The position numbers and the translations under genes are program-made. The notes under the pieces are model-generated. The model ran no database searches. It saw nothing but the letters and a program-made list of their open reading frames with translations, and had not been told where the DNA came from. Shown in pieces: positions 60,956 to 64,000 of a DNA stretch of 64,000 nucleotides (position 1 is its first letter; the number at the start of each line of letters is the position of its first letter). Location of the stretch: contig WGER01000044.1 of the NCBI GenBank assembly GCA_015492645.1, positions 12,046 to 76,045 on the forward strand. Reading direction: 5' to 3'. This stretch comes from Nitrospirota bacterium. Lineage in GTDB: Bacteria > Nitrospirota > Thermodesulfovibrionia > Thermodesulfovibrionales > JdFR-85.

Positions 60956-62571
60956 TGTCACTGCTGGGCCTCTTTGACATAGGAAGGTCCGCTCTCTTCG
61001 CCGCCCGGACCGGCATCTATGTTACCGGGCACAACATCGCAAATGTCAACACTCCTGGATACAACCGTCAGGAGGTGATACTCCAGACGAAAAGGACAGT
61101 GCAGACAGGGGCTGGAATGATTGGCAGGGGTGTGGATGTCTCTCATGTGAGGAGGAGGTTTGACCTCTTCACATATAATCAACTCCTCCTGGAGACACAA
61201 CAGAAGGGAAGATATGACGAGATCAGCAACCTCTTCAGTGAGATTGAACAGATATTCAATGAGTCTGAAGAGAGTGGTCTTTACCCTTCTCTTAAGGCGT
61301 TTGCCAATGCCTGGCATGAAGTTGCCACCAATCCCGAGTCAATACCTCAGAGGATAGTGTTACTTAAAGAGGCAGACTCTTTTCTGCTTACCGCCAAGAA
61401 GATGGAGAGGAGGCTTCTGGACTCCCTGAAGAATGCAGAAGAGACGGTGGAGAGCATGGTAGAGGAGGTAAACAGCATCCTCCAAGAGATTGCTCACCTC
61501 AATGACAGGATAGTCCAGACAGAAGCCGGTGTATTAAGGGGTGAGGCCAATGACCTGAGAGACCAGAGGGAGAGAGCACTGCTGAAACTGTCAGAACTTG
61601 TTGATGTGTCCTACTTTGAAGACAACGATGGTGCGATAAAGGTATTTATAGGTATGAAGAATGTGGTGGACAAGGCAAGGGCAAAGACGCTCTCGGTAAA
61701 GTACAACGTCGACGGTCTTGAGGGTATATACATAGGCAACGAGGATATTTCAGGAAGGCTCAAGGGAGGCAGGATTGAAGGGATCCTTTCGGCGAGTCAG
61801 GACATCCAGAATGAATTGCTGACCGGGCTCAGAAGGCTCGTTGCCTCAGTAATAAAGGAGGTGAATTATCTCCATCGGATGGGCTATGGGCTTGATGCAG
61901 GCACTGGAAGGGACTTCTTTAATCCGTTAACCCTTTATGTCCAGGACAACTCTACAGGTGCTGACCTTTCAGCCACAATACTCGACCCCTCCATGCTGAC
62001 ACTGGATGAATACAGGATCACCTTTGACGCCACCAATTATTACATTTACAACATTCAACAGGACACACTCGTTGCCTCTGGTGTGTATATTCCTGGCAAT
62101 TCAGTGGTATTTGACGGGATTCAGGTGGTGATAACAGGCACTGTTACCGCCTCTGACTCATTCATTGTGAGTCCCCTGACAGGTATCCTGAGGGATGCTG
62201 CAGTTGCTATATCTGATCCACGTGAGGTGGCAGCCGCATCATCTGACACTGCCCTGCCTGCTGACAACTCCAATGCCCTTGCAATTGCTGACCTCTTTGA
62301 TAGACCCATCGGGACCCTTCAGAATGCCTCTTACTTTGATTACTACAATGGCCTTATCACTTCCGTTGGAGTAAAGAGCAGGTTCGCCTCCGACAGTGTG
62401 AAATTTGAGGAGACCCTGATTAAGGATATACAGAATAGGAGAGAATCTATCTCTGGCGTCTCTTTGGACGAGGAGGCCCTTAATCTGATAAAGTACCAGA
62501 GGGCCTTTGAGGCAGGCGCGAGGTTAATAAAGGTTACAGACGAAATCCTACAGACCTTAATCAACCTATGA
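60955..62571 (+). CDS. flgK: Hook-filament junction protein FlgK
   Basis: N-terminal LFAARTGIYVTGHNIANVNTPGYNRQ and C-terminal GVSLDEEALNLIKYQRAFEAGARLI. Confidence 0.9.
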   Translation: MSLLGLFDIGRSALFAARTGIYVTGHNIANVNTPGYNRQEVILQTKRTVQTGAGMIGRGVDVSHVRRRFDLFTYNQLLLETQQKGRYDEISNLFSEIEQIFNESEESGLYPSLKAFANAWHEVATNPESIPQRIVLLKEADSFLLTAKKMERRLLDSLKNAEETVESMVEEVNSILQEIAHLNDRIVQTEAGVLRGEANDLRDQRERALLKLSELVDVSYFEDNDGAIKVFIGMKNVVDKARAKTLSVKYNVDGLEGIYIGNEDISGRLKGGRIEGILSASQDIQNELLTGLRRLVASVIKEVNYLHRMGYGLDAGTGRDFFNPLTLYVQDNSTGADLSATILDPSMLTLDEYRITFDATNYYIYNIQQDTLVASGVYIPGNSVVFDGIQVVITGTVTASDSFIVSPLTGILRDAAVAISDPREVAAASSDTALPADNSNALAIADLFDRPIGTLQNASYFDYYNGLITSVGVKSRFASDSVKFEETLIKDIQNRRESISGVSLDEEALNLIKYQRAFEAGARLIKVTDEILQTLINL

Positions 62572-63575
62572 GGGTCACTGAGCAGATAATTTACAGTGCG
62601 ATCGCCGATTCTCTACAGAAGAATCTGCAGAGGTTACTGTATCTGAACGAGCAACTTGCTACTGGAAAGAGGATAAACAAACCCTCTGACAGCCCTGTTG
62701 ACCTCACGAAGGCCCTGCACTACAGGGTTGAGATACAGTCAATAGAGCAACTTCAGAGAAACTCTGATGAGGCACAGGCATACCTGAATGCGACAGAGGG
62801 CGTGCTTTCGTCCGTATCAGAGGTGCTTATCAGACTCAAGGAACTCGCTCTAACTGGTGTGAACGGCGACGAAAGCGAAGAGTCAAGGGCCGCCATTGCT
62901 AAGGAGGTCCAGCAGTTGAAGAAGGAACTCCTCGCACTGGCAAACACGAAATTTCGTGAGAGATACATATTTTCTGGATACAGGACAGACACAGAGGCGT
63001 TTGACCCTTTAACTCTCTCCTATCAAGGTGACGACGGAATAATAAATGTCCTTGTTGACAAGGGTGTACTGATAGCGACAAACCTTACAGGTGAAGAGGT
63101 ATTCTCCTACACCCTCTCCTCTGAGGAGGTGGTTCAACTACAGGACGGCAGGTACATCCATTATATCCCTGGAGGTGGCACCACTGTAAATGTGGAGATA
63201 AGAGATGTTGATGATACCACTGTGCTCGACAGTTTTAGTTTTTCAAACATGCTCCAGATGTCCCAGATTCTTGCTGATGCCCTGGAGGCTGACGATGTAA
63301 CAAGGGCAAGGGCCCTCCTGAGACCACTCGATTTGTCCATTGAGAAGGTGAGCCAGAACATAGCAGAGATAGGGGCAAGGCTTAATCTGGTTGAAGAGGT
63401 TAATAACAGAAACGGTGACGAAAAGGTTGACCTGAGAATACTTCTATCAGGTATAGAGGATGCAGACATTGTTAGTCTGGTTACCGAGATATCAAAGACG
63501 GAGGCCGCTCTTCAGGCCCTCAGGTCCTCTTCAATGCAACTCATGAATATCAGCCTCTTTGATTTCATAAGATAG
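62568..63575 (+). CDS. flgL: Hook-filament junction protein FlgL
   Basis: Flagellin-like N-terminus ([16 protein letters not shown]) and C-terminus ([24 protein letters not shown]). Confidence 0.85.
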   Translation: MRVTEQIIYSAIADSLQKNLQRLLYLNEQLATGKRINKPSDSPVDLTKALHYRVEIQSIEQLQRNSDEAQAYLNATEGVLSSVSEVLIRLKELALTGVNGDESEESRAAIAKEVQQLKKELLALANTKFRERYIFSGYRTDTEAFDPLTLSYQGDDGIINVLVDKGVLIATNLTGEEVFSYTLSSEEVVQLQDGRYIHYIPGGGTTVNVEIRDVDDTTVLDSFSFSNMLQMSQILADALEADDVTRARALLRPLDLSIEKVSQNIAEIGARLNLVEEVNNRNGDEKVDLRILLSGIEDADIVSLVTEISKTEAALQALRSSSMQLMNISLFDFIR

Positions 63576-63588
63576 CAGAGACACAAAA

Positions 63589-63813
63589 ATGCTCATTCTT
63601 ACAAGAAAGGTTGGGGAGTCTATAAGGATTGGAGATGATATCCTGGTCAAAGTGGTAGAGATAAGGGGTGGGCAGATCAGGCTCGCAATTAATGCACCGC
63701 TTGAGGTGAGGATACTGAGAGAGGAGATATACGACAGGATTAAGAAGAGCAATCTGGAGTCAGTCACATACGGACCCGAGACAATGGAAAGGGTAAAGGA
63801 GATGCTGAAGTGA
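63589..63813 (+). CDS. csrA: Carbon storage regulator CsrA
   Basis: [48 protein letters not shown] is near-canonical CsrA. Confidence 0.95.
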   Translation: MLILTRKVGESIRIGDDILVKVVEIRGGQIRLAINAPLEVRILREEIYDRIKKSNLESVTYGPETMERVKEMLK

Positions 63814-64000
63814 AGGTGAGGTTCAGGACATCTCGTTTTGGTGAACTGGAGGTTGACAGGAGTAAGATTATCTACTTTCCACAGGGGATTCCAGGTTTCA
63901 GTCACCTGAGGGAGTATGTCCTGCTCGACTACAAGGACACACCTGTAAAGTGGCTTCAGGCTGTGGGAGACCCTGATGTAGCATTTATCGTGGTTGAACC
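63810..64000 (+). CDS. fliW: Flagellar assembly factor FliW (3' end outside window)
   Basis: GTG overlaps the csrA stop (GTGA). The translation [64 protein letters not shown] matches the FliW family. Not in the ORF track because it is truncated. Confidence 0.85.
   Translation, partial: MKVRFRTSRFGELEVDRSKIIYFPQGIPGFSHLREYVLLDYKDTPVKWLQAVGDPDVAFIVVE

Noticed and set aside
1-64000. Search for CRISPR arrays, rRNA/tRNA genes, transposases/IS elements and prophage genes.
   Set aside because: No regularly spaced direct repeats, no tRNA-like or rRNA-like stretches in the short intergenic gaps, and no transposase or phage-like ORFs were recognised. The only tyrosine recombinase looks like housekeeping XerC/D.

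Overview
Bacterial chromosomal window. It is roughly mid-GC by eye, uses AGG/AGA-rich Arg codons, and is diderm because flgH/flgI ring genes are present. The taxon cannot be determined from the sequence alone; it could be Nitrospirota- or Thermodesulfobacteriota-like, at low confidence.

Left part (1-16.7 kb):
- recN 3' end and a TIGR03960-like radical SAM gene.
- A minus-strand periplasmic nitrate reductase cluster, napA-(OB-fold lipoprotein)-napG-napH-napD, followed on the same strand by an octahaem HAO-family cytochrome c. No napB or napC is present.
- An AT-rich vapBC toxin-antitoxin pair.
- A two-component system (OmpR-type regulator plus a kinase with a CxxCH haem-c sensor domain).
- A 166-bp palindromic element.
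- A xerC/D-coaD-queE-mazG-CDF transporter run.

Rest of the window (16.8-64 kb): an almost complete polar-type flagellar regulon.
- A pentapeptide-repeat/K+ channel fusion and an HDOD protein.
- A minus-strand unit, fliC / flaG-fliD-fliS-orf70-REC-(REC-GAF-HD-GYP)-PilZ-PAS kinase-motA-motB.
- Two sigma-54 enhancer-binding response regulators, with a periplasmic TPR protein and a PAS kinase between them.
- flgBC-fliEFGHIJ-motE-like, then fliK-flgDE, then a sigma-28-driven HDOD-GGDEF cyclase.
- fliLMNOPQR-flhBAFG-fliA plus two small coupled ORFs.
- flgFGAHIJ-flgMN-flgKL-csrA-fliW (3' end truncated by the window).

Genes are packed with many ATGA/TGATG stop-start overlaps. I read five sigma-54-type promoters and two to three sigma-28-type promoters directly from the sequence. 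No rRNA, tRNA, CRISPR array or transposase was recognised.

The most interesting items are:
- the nap-hao linkage;
- the c-di-GMP circuit wired into filament, stator and sigma-28 units;
- the fixed 29-30 nt spacing between the sigma-54 -24 box and the start codons;
- the periplasmic TPR gene;
- the pentapeptide-K+ channel;
- the large palindrome;
- an unlisted 46-aa basic ORF coupled to fliA.
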